From Selaginella moellendorffii (Eukaryota; Plantae; Lycopodiophyta), in contig NW_003314348.1 of NCBI RefSeq assembly GCF_000143415.4, forward strand, positions 501,593 through 559,556: DNA of 57,964 nt, read 5' to 3'. The notes beneath the pieces are model-generated. The model saw only the letters and a program-made list of their open reading frames with translations. It was not told the origin of the DNA and did no database searches. This document shows, in pieces, positions 14,550 through 25,787 of this stretch (the stretch's first letter is position 1; each line of letters starts with the position of its first letter). The position numbers and the translations under genes are program-made.

Positions 14550-17033
14550 ATGGTGAGCTCATCGGATGGGCGGGCCATCGCGAATTGGAGCAGTTGTCTC
14601 GAATCCCTCCGCCGGTTCGTGCTCGTCCTCCCACTGGAAGAACACGATGGGAGCATGTGGAAGAAGAATTCGCCCGGCGCCGGCAAGAATCCTTCCTCCC
14701 AGGAGCGGCATTCCAATCTTCGCGCGAATGCGAGGAAGGAATTCGTCCAGGCAATCGTGGGACGGGAAGAATTGGGCGTGGTTATCTGTGACCCAGAGAG
14801 GCTGCCACCGCTGGAGGCGGCGTACGTGGATTTCCTTCGGATGTTCCCCAGGTTTGCGGAGACTCTAGCCGTGGACGATATGCGCGCTCGCGAGTACGCC
14901 CATCTCCGCCACCGGGTGTGCTGCGACTACTCGGGATTTGGCCTCTTCTCGCACCTCCAGAGAGTTTGCAACTCGCCATCTTCGTCCTTCCGTCTCGCAT
15001 ACGTCTCTGCCAATCTCCCGACGCACGCGCTCTACGGATCTTCCACTGGATCATCCAGCCTCGAGAGCCATGTCCGCCGCAAGATCATGGATCACTTTCG
15101 GATCAGCGACACCGACTACTGCATGGTGTTCACGGCCAGCAAAGGCAGCGCCGTCAAGCTCTTGGCAGAATCGTATCGCTTCGATCTCCACCAGTGCCTG
15201 CTCACGTCTTACGACCACCATAGCCAGAGCATCGAGTGGATGATCGGCTGCGCGAGGGAGAAAGGTGCCAAGGTGTCGTCGGTGAGATTCCGGTGGCCAT
15301 CGCTGAGGATTTGCTCCAGGGAGTTGCGGAAGCAGCTCGTGGAGAAGAAGGTGTCCGGGAGGAGAACCGTCAAAGGGCTGTTTGTTTTTCCACTCCAGAG
15401 CCGAGTGACTGGCGCGAGGTACTCGTACCAGTGGATTCCTTTCGCGCAGGAGAACCACTGGCAGGTTTTGCTCGATGCCTCGGCTCTCGGTCCCCGGGAT
15501 ATGGATGCGCTGGGCTTGTCGGTGTTTAGGCCCGACTTCATCGTCAGCTCCTTCTACAAGGTGTTTGGAGCCGACCCCTCGGGATTCGGGTGCCTGTTCA
15601 TCAAGAGGTCGGCCATTAAGTGCTTGCACAACACGACGAGAGCGAGATCAGTGGGGATGGTGAAGCTCTTGTCTTGCCCGTCGTCGCAGCTGGGAGAAGA
15701 AGAGAGGCCCGAGTTCCCCCCGGGCTTGGAGCGGGACGTGGATCCCAGCAACGTCAGCTCGTTCTCGGGGCCTCTATCAGCGGAGGAGATTCGAGCGGCC
15801 TCGGGAGAGATCTCGTCAAGTTTGGCCGACAATCATGCTGACCATCATCGTGCCACGCAAGAGACGTGCGCTTCAGCTCCGGGGAAGCGTGAAGCTTCGC
15901 GTAACAAGGAACAGGTGGAAGAAATCATGGTGCGGCGTCCACGTCCAAGCGAAGAAGTTGACGACAAGAAGTCGGAGATGGATGATACGTCGACGCACAG
16001 TAGTCCACGGAGTGCGCAGTCTTCGAGAGGATCCCCGGCGTTCAAACAGCACAGTAGTCCACATTCTTCGAGTGAATCTTCGCCGCAGCAAACAAGTCAG
16101 CTGATTGACATCAGAGGGAAGCGCAAGATGGAGGAGGTGTTTGAGGAGGCGGAGAGTTCTCGCTGGAGAAGCGAAACAGGCGGGCCCGAAAGCAGCAGGA
16201 GCACAGGACATGGGGAGAGTTCGTCTCAGCTTCGCAGGAATCTACCCGAGATCTTCGTCGAAACAAGCCCGCCCCCACCACCACCACCACCGAAAACTCT
16301 GATCGAACTTCTATCTCTTCCCGCCCCTGAGAAGAGACCATCGCTTCCTCCATCACCACCACCGCCAGCACCGCCAGCTAAAGTTAAGAGGCTCGTCGAG
16401 CTTCTGCATGATCCCGAGGTTTCGGATGGAGGGTCTTTGGATTTGGCGGAAGAAGATGAGCTCCGGGTGGTTTGCAAGGCGCTGGACCAGACAAAGGTGC
16501 TGGGAATGATAAACATCAAGAACAGGCTGAGGTATCTCATCAGCTGGCTGCTGCTCTCTCTGGCGAAGCTCCGCCATCCGGCCTCGTCGTCGCATGGATT
16601 CAAGGCACCGCTGGTCCAGATTTACGGCCCCAGCGGGAGGAAATACGATCGAGGTGCGTCCATGGCTTTCAATCTCTACGACTGGGATGGGCTTCTCTTC
16701 CAGCCGACGCTCGTCCAGCGGCTCGCGGATCGAAACAGCATATCGCTGGGACTTGCGCAGATCAAGAACGTGAAGTTTGTGGACTTGGTGCCGGACTTCC
16801 AGAACATATCTCCCAGGAAGAGCAACGCATTCGGTTCGTCCCAGAGTTCTTCGCCGGAGAGCCAGCAAGAGTTTCTGGTGGTGACCATCGCTTTGAGCTA
16901 CGTGAGCAGCTTCGAGGATGTTTATAGAGTGTGGGAGTTCGTCGCGAAGTTTTTGGATGCTGATTTTGTGAACAAGGAGGTGTGGAGGTACCACGCCATA
17001 AACCAGCAGATGGTTGTTCTTGGGTCCTTGTGA
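14550..17033 (+). CDS. PLP-dependent transferase / molybdenum cofactor sulfurase-like plant protein, intronless
   Basis: 827 aa ORF. CCDYSGFGLFS, GLFVFPLQSRVTGARYSYQW, RPDFIVSSFYKVFGADPSGFGCL, C-terminal FEDVYRVWEFVAKFLDADFV. Central low-complexity Ser/Pro insert. Confidence 0.85.
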   Translation: MVSSSDGRAIANWSSCLESLRRFVLVLPLEEHDGSMWKKNSPGAGKNPSSQERHSNLRANARKEFVQAIVGREELGVVICDPERLPPLEAAYVDFLRMFPRFAETLAVDDMRAREYAHLRHRVCCDYSGFGLFSHLQRVCNSPSSSFRLAYVSANLPTHALYGSSTGSSSLESHVRRKIMDHFRISDTDYCMVFTASKGSAVKLLAESYRFDLHQCLLTSYDHHSQSIEWMIGCAREKGAKVSSVRFRWPSLRICSRELRKQLVEKKVSGRRTVKGLFVFPLQSRVTGARYSYQWIPFAQENHWQVLLDASALGPRDMDALGLSVFRPDFIVSSFYKVFGADPSGFGCLFIKRSAIKCLHNTTRARSVGMVKLLSCPSSQLGEEERPEFPPGLERDVDPSNVSSFSGPLSAEEIRAASGEISSSLADNHADHHRATQETCASAPGKREASRNKEQVEEIMVRRPRPSEEVDDKKSEMDDTSTHSSPRSAQSSRGSPAFKQHSSPHSSSESSPQQTSQLIDIRGKRKMEEVFEEAESSRWRSETGGPESSRSTGHGESSSQLRRNLPEIFVETSPPPPPPPPKTLIELLSLPAPEKRPSLPPSPPPPAPPAKVKRLVELLHDPEVSDGGSLDLAEEDELRVVCKALDQTKVLGMINIKNRLRYLISWLLLSLAKLRHPASSSHGFKAPLVQIYGPSGRKYDRGASMAFNLYDWDGLLFQPTLVQRLADRNSISLGLAQIKNVKFVDLVPDFQNISPRKSNAFGSSQSSSPESQQEFLVVTIALSYVSSFEDVYRVWEFVAKFLDADFVNKEVWRYHAINQQMVVLGSL

Positions 17034-17155
17034 GAGTGATCGAGCGAGAGAAAGATCTCAATAAGCTCTCTCAATTCATTGAGATTCTACAATAATCGAA
17101 GAGTTTCTTTGCAAAGTTTGTATAGGCTAGCTATGTCACAAGACTCACAGAAGCT

Positions 17156-17545
17156 TCACTGATTGTTTTCGTTGCGCTCCAGAGCTGGAGAAAGGCGTGT
17201 GTGAGTCAAAGAAACAAAAGAAAAAGAGAGGGAATCACGCACTGTTGTAGTTGAGCAGCTTTTCGATGAGATCGACGTGAGTCATGAGCATTCGCCGGCA
17301 GCAGTAGCGCACAAGTCCCAAAGCATCGAGCGCTTCACTGTCAATTTCCATTTTTCTCAGAAAGAAGAAGAGAAGAAGCTTGGAAGTTCTCAAATACCTC
17401 TCTGGGTAATCGGCCTGGAGAAGATCCAAGTAGGTGTCCCATTTGTTGCCGATCACCTGGAACTAGCGAGCTTAGCGCACGGCCAGAGAGCATAGCAAAG
17501 ATATCCTACCTTGCCGCAAGTGAAGCAGCGCACTGGAATGATCAT
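17156..17545 (-). CDS. NRPB10: RNA polymerase I/II/III/IV/V shared subunit 10
   Basis: Spliced [12 protein letters not shown]|[17 protein letters not shown]..|[31 protein letters not shown]|TLERNENNQ*. Confidence 0.95.
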
Positions 17546-17601
17546 CCTGGGGTTTTAGGGTTCTTGGCTCGACTCGTTTGCCCTAAATATTCTTTTTAGC
17601 T

Positions 17602-18509
17602 ATGGCGAGCGAGCGTCTCCAGCAGGCGATTCTACTCCTCCCGCTGCTGCTCATGGCGTGCGATGTCTGGACTGCTGTTCGTTCTCTCCCTGCTAAGCAT
17701 CACCACCACAGCGATCGGCAGCCTCCACAGGAACAAGTCGTCCAGGTAATTTTTCCTAGATTTGTGTTCTTAATTCTACGTTGTCTATGGACACTGTGCC
17801 GCATTTTTCACGGACAATCTTCACAGAGATTCATGTTTCGTCTTTCCAATTTTGATCTTCGATTTTTTGTTGCAGCCGCCCTACGTACCTGGAGCCAAGG
17901 ACGCGGCCAGTTACGGTGGAAAATTTCACATCTCGTTTTGCACGTCGTGTTCGTTCAAGTAAGCAAACCTCGCAAGAACTTGAGTAGAAAATTCTGATGC
18001 ATTCGTGGTGTTTGTAAGGAACCAAGCGATGCAGACGAAAACTATGCTCGAGACTCTCGTGCCTGGCACCGTCGTTGTGCTGTCGAACTATCCTCCGCCA
18101 TTCCACAAGCGCATGCTCAGCAAGATCGTTCCAGCGATCCAGTTTGGAGGCATCGGCGTTGCTTTGGCTGGAGAGCAAATCTTTCCAATGCTCGGCTACG
18201 CTGCCCCGCCCGCGTGGTACAACACGTTCCGCCAGAACAAATTCGGAGCGGTGGCCAGCTGCTGGCTGATTGGGAACTTCCTACAGAACGCACTCCTGGG
18301 CACGGGAGCTTTCGAAGTTTACTACGATGGTGATCTGGTAGGACACTCCAAAAACACCTTTTTCTCACGTATAGGTGGATGACTAAAAGTTTTTTTTTCC
18401 TCATACGCAGGTGTTTTCCAAGCTTCAGACAAAAAGATTTCCCACAGATGACGAGCTTCGTGATTCCATTGGGAAACTTTTGGTACGGAAGACAGGCACG
18501 GTATATTAG
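17602..18509 (+). CDS. SelT-like redox protein (Rdx family, Cys homolog)
   Basis: Signal peptide, HISFCTSCSF (CxxC, no UGA), LSNYPPP, TGAFEVY, VFSKLQTKRFP. Confidence 0.88.
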
Positions 18510-18850
18510 TTATGGTTCTTGATGACTGACGATGCTTCGTATGGTCCGTGCTGTCCGTCCGAGTAACGAACTGTAAAAACTCTTTTCCTTTTTTTCCCTA
18601 AATCTCGGCTGCAGGAGCAGCAGCAGCCGACTCTCATTTATAACTCGCGTGGAGTCGTGTAAAGAAAGATTTGTTCCCGCCAAAGTGAGAAAAAATGGAG
18701 GGAATTATGTGCTAAAATCTTGTTAAGCTTGTCAACTTCTTCGAGCGATCCATCGTCTTGGCTGAGGTGAGAGCTTTTTCTCTCTTTCCAGTGCTTGCTA
18801 ATGCAAGGTCTTCTCTTGTGTACAGCAAGAACGCGAAAGCCAGAAGAAAG

Positions 18851-20282
18851 ATGTCACAGCCCCTGAGGTGCGAGGCCGACTTTCCGGAGCTCCTGTGGAA
18901 GGACTGCCAGGCAAAGTTGAACGAGCTGTGCGATGTAGAAATCGTTGTCGGAACTCGCAACTTCTGGTGTCACGGGAGCATCCTTGCGGCGTCGAGCGAG
19001 TTCTTCCGCTCGGCCTATAACCCATCCGCCTCGGGAGTCAAGACCATCCGGCTTTCATCCATCCCTGGAGGCCCCCACGTCTTCGAGCTCGTCCGGAGGT
19101 TCCTCTACGGCCAGGACTTCACCGTGACCGACGCCACCGTCCTCGATGTCTGGCAAGCCGCCGACTTTCTTGGCACCACTCCTCGCAAGCCCGATGGAGT
19201 GAGCCTCCAGGCGAGATGCAAGTCGGTCTGGGACTCCCGCGTCCAGCACTCTTGGCGGTCGTGCCTCCATCTCCTGTGCAAGGCTGCCAAGCTCGGCTCC
19301 ATTACCGACGTCCACCCGAGCGACAGGAGGCTGGCCGAGTGTAAGAAAAGGTTCCTCTTGCTCGTCGGCTCTCATCTGGTGATGGGAGCGGTTCTCAGGA
19401 ACTTGGTGAAGCTCAAGGCGGGGCACGTCGAACAGTTGCTCTCCATTCTCAAGGACGTCCGGGTGCTCGTCCCGGCGGCGGAGCTCTCCCAGAACATGAT
19501 GGCCTATCTCATGGACTTGGTTTGCTACTTCAAGGCTGGCTCTCCTCCCTCGGACAAGGTTGGAGCCAACATCATTAGCGTCTGCGAGTTCGTGCTGGAT
19601 TACCTCCAGTGCGCTACAGGAGCTTACCGCAGAGCTCCTGGCTCCTTCTTGCGGAGCGGCACTGGACAGGCACCCGCGGTGATCTACTTGGCCATGGTCG
19701 CACACACTTGCTACGTCTTGAATCCGGGGAGGTACGCAAGGTCCAACTTTGACACAGTCTTGACGCTCGTGGGGCCTCTGGACATCGGCTGCCTCACGCC
19801 AGAAGCTCTGGCGGAATGGGTCCAGCCTTTCTTTCCAACGTCGGAGACCGGTTTTCCCGTTCGCAGCAAGATTGGAGAGCTCCGGCCACTATGTTACGTC
19901 GACGCTGGAGGAGAACCCCCCGGCCATCTCCTGGTTCTTCTTTCACGCCATGGCCGAGTTTGCGTCCAAGGCTTGCGAGAGTCACGACCAGCTCTACGAT
20001 CTTATCAAGGCCTACATGAAGAAGAACCCGCAGACGTCCGAGGGGCTCAAGCAGGCGTTCGAGAGCATGCTGGACCTCGGCAAAGTGTCGGCGCTGAAGG
20101 CTGGCGGGATAGCTTGCTGCAACTCGCCGTTTCTGCTCAGCTCGAGGTTCAAGGACGCGGTGAGCAATAAGTGGAGTTCCGAGTTCGGCAGGCAGAAGCT
20201 TCGGAAGCGCCTGTTCGACGAGTTGTCTCCTTACGATGATGATGATGACGAAATGACGCCATTCGAGTGCTCCTCGAATTGA
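18851..20282 (+). CDS. Divergent BTB/POZ + NPH3-like protein, frameshifted at ~19883 (possible pseudogene or sequence error)
   Basis: BTB: CDVEIVVGTRNFWCHGSILAASSEFF...IPGGPHVFELVRRFLYG. The second frame gives GHYV...SHDQLYDLIKAYMKKNP, resembling NPH3 DGYL...HDGLYRAIDxYLKxHP. Confidence 0.7.
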
Positions 20283-20708
20283 AGAGACGAAAACAGCACT
20301 GCAAGGTACTCTTTTCCTCCTGCTTCCATACTTTCCTCACGTTATTGCTGTTCAACTACAGGATTATTCTAGACGATGTATACGACAAGTAGAAGAGTTG
20401 ACACGTTCTCGAAAAAGAACCTTTTTTCACTACTGTATAGAAAATCTGGAGTATCTTCGCCAGTTTCTATGTGATCCAGTCGTTTTGCCTGACCAGGACT
20501 GCCTCGTTTGCATTGGGAGTTCATGAAGTGCTTCTTACTGTTTTGACGTTTTATTCATAGGTGCTCACTTGGAAACAGTGTGGTCTAGAAGACGACATTG
20601 GAAAGAGTGAAAGACTCCTCACGCTGAGGAGTTGGCCGAGGTATATATTCTCTCGCAAGGTTGATTGTATTTTACTGACAGTGTGGTCCTCTTCTAGGCT
20701 GAGAAGAG

Positions 20709-22854
20709 ATGGCGGGTGGAGGGGCGGTTGATTCGACACTGGAAGTCACACCAACATGGGCCACTGCGTCCATTGTCAGCGTGATTGTCCTGGTTTCAAT
20801 GGCTGCTCAACGTGGAATCCATTACACTGGACTGGTGAGAGGTTGTTGCTCGAGAGAGTTCTTCTTTTTTATCCCCGGTGTTGTTCCTGCAGTGGTTTAA
20901 AGGCCGGAAAAGCAATCCTCCAGTTAAAGCTGCTCTGGAAAACATCAAAGAAGGTGATTTTGATGCTTTTTGTTTTATGCATCAGACGATTTTGTTGTCA
21001 GAGTTGATGCTCCTGGGATTCATATCGCTGCTCCTCGCGGTTTCGCAAACCTTTACAACAGAGATATGTGTTCCTCGAAGCCTGATCCAGACAATGCTAC
21101 CCTGCAAGTCATCAAACTTTACTGTGGCCCCGACCAAAAGCTACAATCGCAGGCTGCTCGTGTTTCGACGGGATTTAGCTTCCGATACAGGAAATAGCAC
21201 CAAGTGTATTGACAAGGTAGGAGTTCCAGGCATCGCAGTGTTAACATTCTTTGATTTCCTTGCATTTTTTCAGGGAAAAATGCCAATTCTCAGTGGCACC
21301 GACATCCATGATCTTCATATGTTCATCTTCATTCTCGCGGTGGTGCATATTTCTTATAGTCTTGCAACTGTTTACCTCGGAGGAAGAAAGGTTGTCTTTG
21401 GTGGTGGAAGTTGTTCTACCATTAACTTGTGTTTTCAGATCCATGCCTGGGAAAAATGGGAAGCTGACACTCAAGCTGACGGTATTATCACCTACTTTTT
21501 TTCTTCGGTGATGTCATTTGTGGAGTGTTTTGACAGACGTACAGACGATGCCTGCTAATCGCGAAACAAAATTTATTCGCAGGCATGTCCGGAACTCTTC
21601 CTTTGTCATAGGAATTCTGGTTAGCGTTTTCTGTGTTCTTTGTTGCATTTCTAACCGTTTCGTTTCTACAAGGTGACGCTTCTGCAACAATTTGGCTGGT
21701 CAGTCACCAAAGAAGATTACTACACTCTTCGACACACGTTTATCATTGTGAGTGGGAGATTTGGCCTACTTGAAACATCGCACTAAATATCTGGTCTCAA
21801 TTTCTTACAACAGAATCATTCAAAAAACAACAGTTTTGACTTCCATGCGTTTTTGAAGGCAGCAATTGCACAAGATTTTAAAACTGTCATCGGGATGAGG
21901 TGAGCTTGGTTCAGATTTTTCTTCTTGAGCTAACCAATGACTTGCAGCGAATACTTTTGGGTGTACGTCATTGTGTTCTTCTTGCTCAATGTTCATGGTA
22001 TTTCTTTATCTTTTTGCGATGATTTTAACTTTGACTCACTTGCTCAGGCTGGCATACGTATTTCTGGATTTCATTCGTCCCCATTCTTGTAAGTGCGATA
22101 AACTAGTCATTTCCAGTAAGCCCACCACAAGTTCACGCACACCAGGTCCTCATTTTGCTAGGCGCAAAGCTTCAGTACATCCTCGGGACACTAGCTGTGG
22201 ATATTTTGAAGGCACCTGGTGAGCCTGTGCAAGTTCGAGATAAGTTTTTTTGGTTTGGCACGCCTAGAATACTTTTGCACTTGCTTCACTTCTCGATCTT
22301 TCAGGTAAGCTTGTTAATTTCGCATGTGTCCTGTTTACTAGAATTTGTGGTTCTTCTCTGGATAGAATGCGTTTGAGCTAGCTCTTCTGTTTTGGATGTG
22401 GGTACGTACCCAACTTTCTCTCAACATGTTATGTTTGAATGAGCTAAAGCTTTGTCTTTTCACAGGCCACATTCGGATGGCACTCGTGCCTTATTGACAA
22501 CAAGACGACAGCAATTTTGCACGTATCTTCCGGGTAAGGTTTGAAATATATTTCCACAGCTTCTTAGATTTCCATAAACGCCGCTGCAGCATTTTGATCT
22601 TAATTCAGTGCAGCTACACAACGCTTCCTCTCTATGCACTGCTTTCTCAGGTGGACTAGTATCTCGTTTCAGTTACCCAGTCTAAAGCATTTTCTTGTGT
22701 AAAGATGGGGCCCCAGAACGAAGGCAAGCACAAAAACTCGGACGTTCCGGATCCGACTCAACCTCCACCCGGAGAAATGGACGAAACAAATCGGACGGAG
22801 ACGAGGGCTGTGGACACTGAGGTGCAAACAGCAACACGGCACGATGAGTTGTAG
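20709..22854 (+). CDS. MLO: MLO family seven-transmembrane protein with atypical short C-tail
   Basis: LEVTPTWA, ELMLLGFISLLL, IHDLHMFIFILAVVHI, FFWFGTP, CSYTTLPLYALLSQ|MG. Many short exons. Confidence 0.9.
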
Positions 22855-23132
22855 CTTAGGATCCAGGTGGAAGAACAATGATTATGAGGAGCGCCCGCGA
22901 TCACTCTTTTCCTCGAGAAGTTTGGATGAATGGCGCTCCCCGGAGTTTTATCTCGTTAGAAACAGAGAGATTCACAGATTTTCGTTGGCGAAACTGTAGT
23001 TCGAAGTTCCTAGTTCATAGGTCGGAGAACTTGTCGAGGACGTACCATTTTCTCGTACGATTGCTTGAACAAGTCAAATCGATAATTGCGTACCTCTTTC
23101 TCCAGATCGAACTTAAACTTTCCCATGAATGG

Positions 23133-25217
23133 ATGGTCACGCTAGATTTCCTGGCGGTCTTGGACAAGGCCAAGAACAACGATCTCTTGTATGCTGCAGA
23201 GTTGCAGCGATGTGGGGCTTCGAAATCCATTGCCGAAGGCCGCCGTGTTCATGCCTTGCTCTTGGAGCGAGGCCAACTGGGAAACTTTCTTGCCAACCAT
23301 CTCATTAACATGTATGGAAAATGTGGCTGTCTCGAGGAAGCTCGCAGGGTTTTCGACTGGATCAACAACAAGAATCTCTACTCGTGGACTGCCGTTATTT
23401 CTGCATATGCCAACAACGGGCATTTTGAAACGGCGTTGGAGCTCTTCCACGGGCTTGACTGCGAAGGGATCAAGCCCGACAGCGTCGTCTTCTTGGCTGT
23501 GGTAGAGGCGTGCTCAAATGACAAGAAAAAGAAAAACAGTCTAATTCTACAGGAAGCCGGGAGAGTTCGTGAGCGACTGATACGGGAAGGATTGATGACT
23601 TCTTTTGTGAGAAATTCGGTGATCACAATGTACGGATGCCTTCACAGGCCTGACGAAGCTCGAGTTGTTTTTCAGGAAATTGCTGGCTTTAGAGACGTCG
23701 TCTCTTGGACAGCCGTGATAACAGCTTATGCCCGGAATGGGCATTTTGGTGAAGCTTTGAGGCTCTTCTGGGCGATGGAACAAGACGGTATAAAGCCGGA
23801 TGCGGTGACAATTCTTGCTCTTCTTGATTCTTGTGCCTTGGAAGGATCATCAGAGAGCTTGTTTACAGGCAGGGCTATTCATGCTCGAATCTGTGCTACT
23901 GGACTGGATCTTGATGTAGTCGTGATGAACGCAGTGATTCACATGTACACCAGCTCCAAGGAGTGCTCAGAAGCAAGGCGGGTTTTCGATGGATTGAAAG
24001 GGAAGAAAACTTTGGTGTCGTGGAATGCGGTGATGTCGGCTTATGCCCAAAGCGGGCATATGTTTCTTGCTCTGCAAGTCTACGAGGAAATGCTGTGTGA
24101 TAAACTGGTGCCGAACGAGATCACTCTCGTCTTGGCTCTCGACGCTTGCTCCAATCTGTCGTGCCTGGAAAATGGCAGAGCAATCCACGACAAAGCCACT
24201 GAGCTTGGAGTTGAGAAGAACATCTTCGTAGAGAATGCGCTGGTGGACATGTATGGTAAGTGTGGAAGCCTTGAAGACGCACTGACTGTCTTTAACTCCA
24301 TGAAGAAACGCGACATTGTTTCATGGACTGCGATGGTCGCTGCTTATGCTCGAAACGGCCATAGCTCAAGAGCTCTCGAGATCTTTCGCATGGTTCTCGC
24401 TGAGGGCCTGAAACCCGATGGAATCACCTTCGTTGCAGCGCTAGAAGCTTGCGGGAACCTCGGAAATGCGTCGGAAGGCGATGCTCTTCACGGCTGGATC
24501 CTCGATTCTCCTCAACTCCGAAACGACGAACTCGTTTCCACCGCCGTCATCAGCATGTATGATCGATCCGGCAGACTCGAGACAGCCAAGCTCGTTTTCG
24601 ATGACCTCTCCTCCAGCTTAAACCGGTGTCCTTCTCGCTGGAACTCGCAGGCGATCGCACTGGCCGAGCACGGACTGAGCTCTTCAGCGATTCAGCTCTT
24701 CTGGGAGATGACTCTCCAAGGCGTTGACATGAACGACATCACCTTCGTGAACGCCATCTTTGCATGTAGCCACTCGGGCATGCTGGTTTCGGGGTTAGAT
24801 TTCTTCTCGCGGCTGCATCCAGACTTTGGGATCGTGCCACGGCCTTCGCACTACATCTGCATGGTTGAGCTTCTGGCTAGGATTGGACAAGTAGACATGG
24901 CAGTCGATTTGATTGAGAGTATGCCTTACGAGCCTGACGCTGTTGCATGGATGGCACTTCTGTGTTCTTCGAACACAAACTTGGAATTAGCCACCATGGC
25001 TGCACGACAGGTCCTTGGAGGTGACAGAAAGAGAGCTGGAGCTTATGTCTTGCTTTCGAATTTGTGTGTTCCTGCTGGAAGACGAGAATGGATGGCTCCA
25101 CGTACGCTCAAAAGGGAGCCTTGCTCAGGTACCAGAAAATTTTCTAGCCTGCTGTCTCATTCACTGTGCCTTAATTGGTATGTGGAGGAGCTCCCACAAC
25201 TCGAAGATACTCTATAA
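23133..25217 (+). CDS. PLS-class pentatricopeptide repeat protein with partial E domain, no DYW
   Basis: Intronless. Repeated MYGKCG.LE.A..VF, SWTA.I.AYA.NGH, ACSHSG, HYICMVELLARIG, MPYEPDAVAW, GAYVLLSNL. Start codon is uncertain (ORF open from 22878). Confidence 0.9.
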   Translation: MVTLDFLAVLDKAKNNDLLYAAELQRCGASKSIAEGRRVHALLLERGQLGNFLANHLINMYGKCGCLEEARRVFDWINNKNLYSWTAVISAYANNGHFETALELFHGLDCEGIKPDSVVFLAVVEACSNDKKKKNSLILQEAGRVRERLIREGLMTSFVRNSVITMYGCLHRPDEARVVFQEIAGFRDVVSWTAVITAYARNGHFGEALRLFWAMEQDGIKPDAVTILALLDSCALEGSSESLFTGRAIHARICATGLDLDVVVMNAVIHMYTSSKECSEARRVFDGLKGKKTLVSWNAVMSAYAQSGHMFLALQVYEEMLCDKLVPNEITLVLALDACSNLSCLENGRAIHDKATELGVEKNIFVENALVDMYGKCGSLEDALTVFNSMKKRDIVSWTAMVAAYARNGHSSRALEIFRMVLAEGLKPDGITFVAALEACGNLGNASEGDALHGWILDSPQLRNDELVSTAVISMYDRSGRLETAKLVFDDLSSSLNRCPSRWNSQAIALAEHGLSSSAIQLFWEMTLQGVDMNDITFVNAIFACSHSGMLVSGLDFFSRLHPDFGIVPRPSHYICMVELLARIGQVDMAVDLIESMPYEPDAVAWMALLCSSNTNLELATMAARQVLGGDRKRAGAYVLLSNLCVPAGRREWMAPRTLKREPCSGTRKFSSLLSHSLCLNWYVEELPQLEDTL

Positions 25218-25407
25218 GGATTTAAGACAAAAGGTATAATAGAATGATAAAGAAAAAGTAGTTGAAATGACTAAACGTTATAATATTTTTTGAATTTGTT
25301 TTGCCAAAAAGTAAATATAATAAAAAAAATTGATCACTTTTTCCACTCATAAGGGAAGAGGTTGAAAGTAACTGCATAGAGTTTTTGAGAGTTTCTTAGC
25401 TGGATCA

Positions 25408-25730
25408 TCTCACTCATTTCCATCCCTCCTTTTGTCATTAAGTTGCATCTCTGCCAAAGGTCTTAATCTTTCTAGAATTCATACAACTTCAGACATATCC
25501 GACCTTACTTTGTTGATTCGATCCAATATAAATATTGAGATGCCGCAAGGAAAGAAAGCATTGAAGAATTCCTTGATTTGTTTCGTTACATGCAAATTCT
25601 TCTACACTTTTCTATGTTGGATCAAATCAACAAAGCGAGGCGGCTGTATGAAAGATTGAGACCTCTGCATTAGCAATTGCATCAACAACCGCAACCCAAT
25701 GACTAAGAGAGGGGATGGAAATGAGTGAGA
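25408..25730. repeat. Long imperfect inverted repeat (foldback hairpin), candidate MIR/siRNA precursor or MITE
   Basis: 25408-25446 pairs with 25691-25730, 25452-25472 with 25650-25669, and 25503-25530 with 25613-25640. Confidence 0.8.
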
Positions 25731-25787
25731 AGACTATAACCTATGTGAGACGCACCAGTTCCAACTTCAAGATTGCAAAGAGAAACT

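Noticed and set aside
17920-17960. Possible true selenoprotein (CxxU) in SelT-like
   Set aside because: The codons are TGC ACG TCG TGT (CTSC) with no in-frame TGA, so it is an ordinary Cys homolog.
19884-20170. C-terminus of the 470 aa BTB ORF as given in the ORF track
   Set aside because: The alternative frame carries the NPH3-like motif, so this part is probably out of frame.
22878-23132. N-terminal extension of the PPR ORF
   Set aside because: It begins 23 bp after the MLO stop and is probably open UTR or intergenic sequence. It is not PPR-like.
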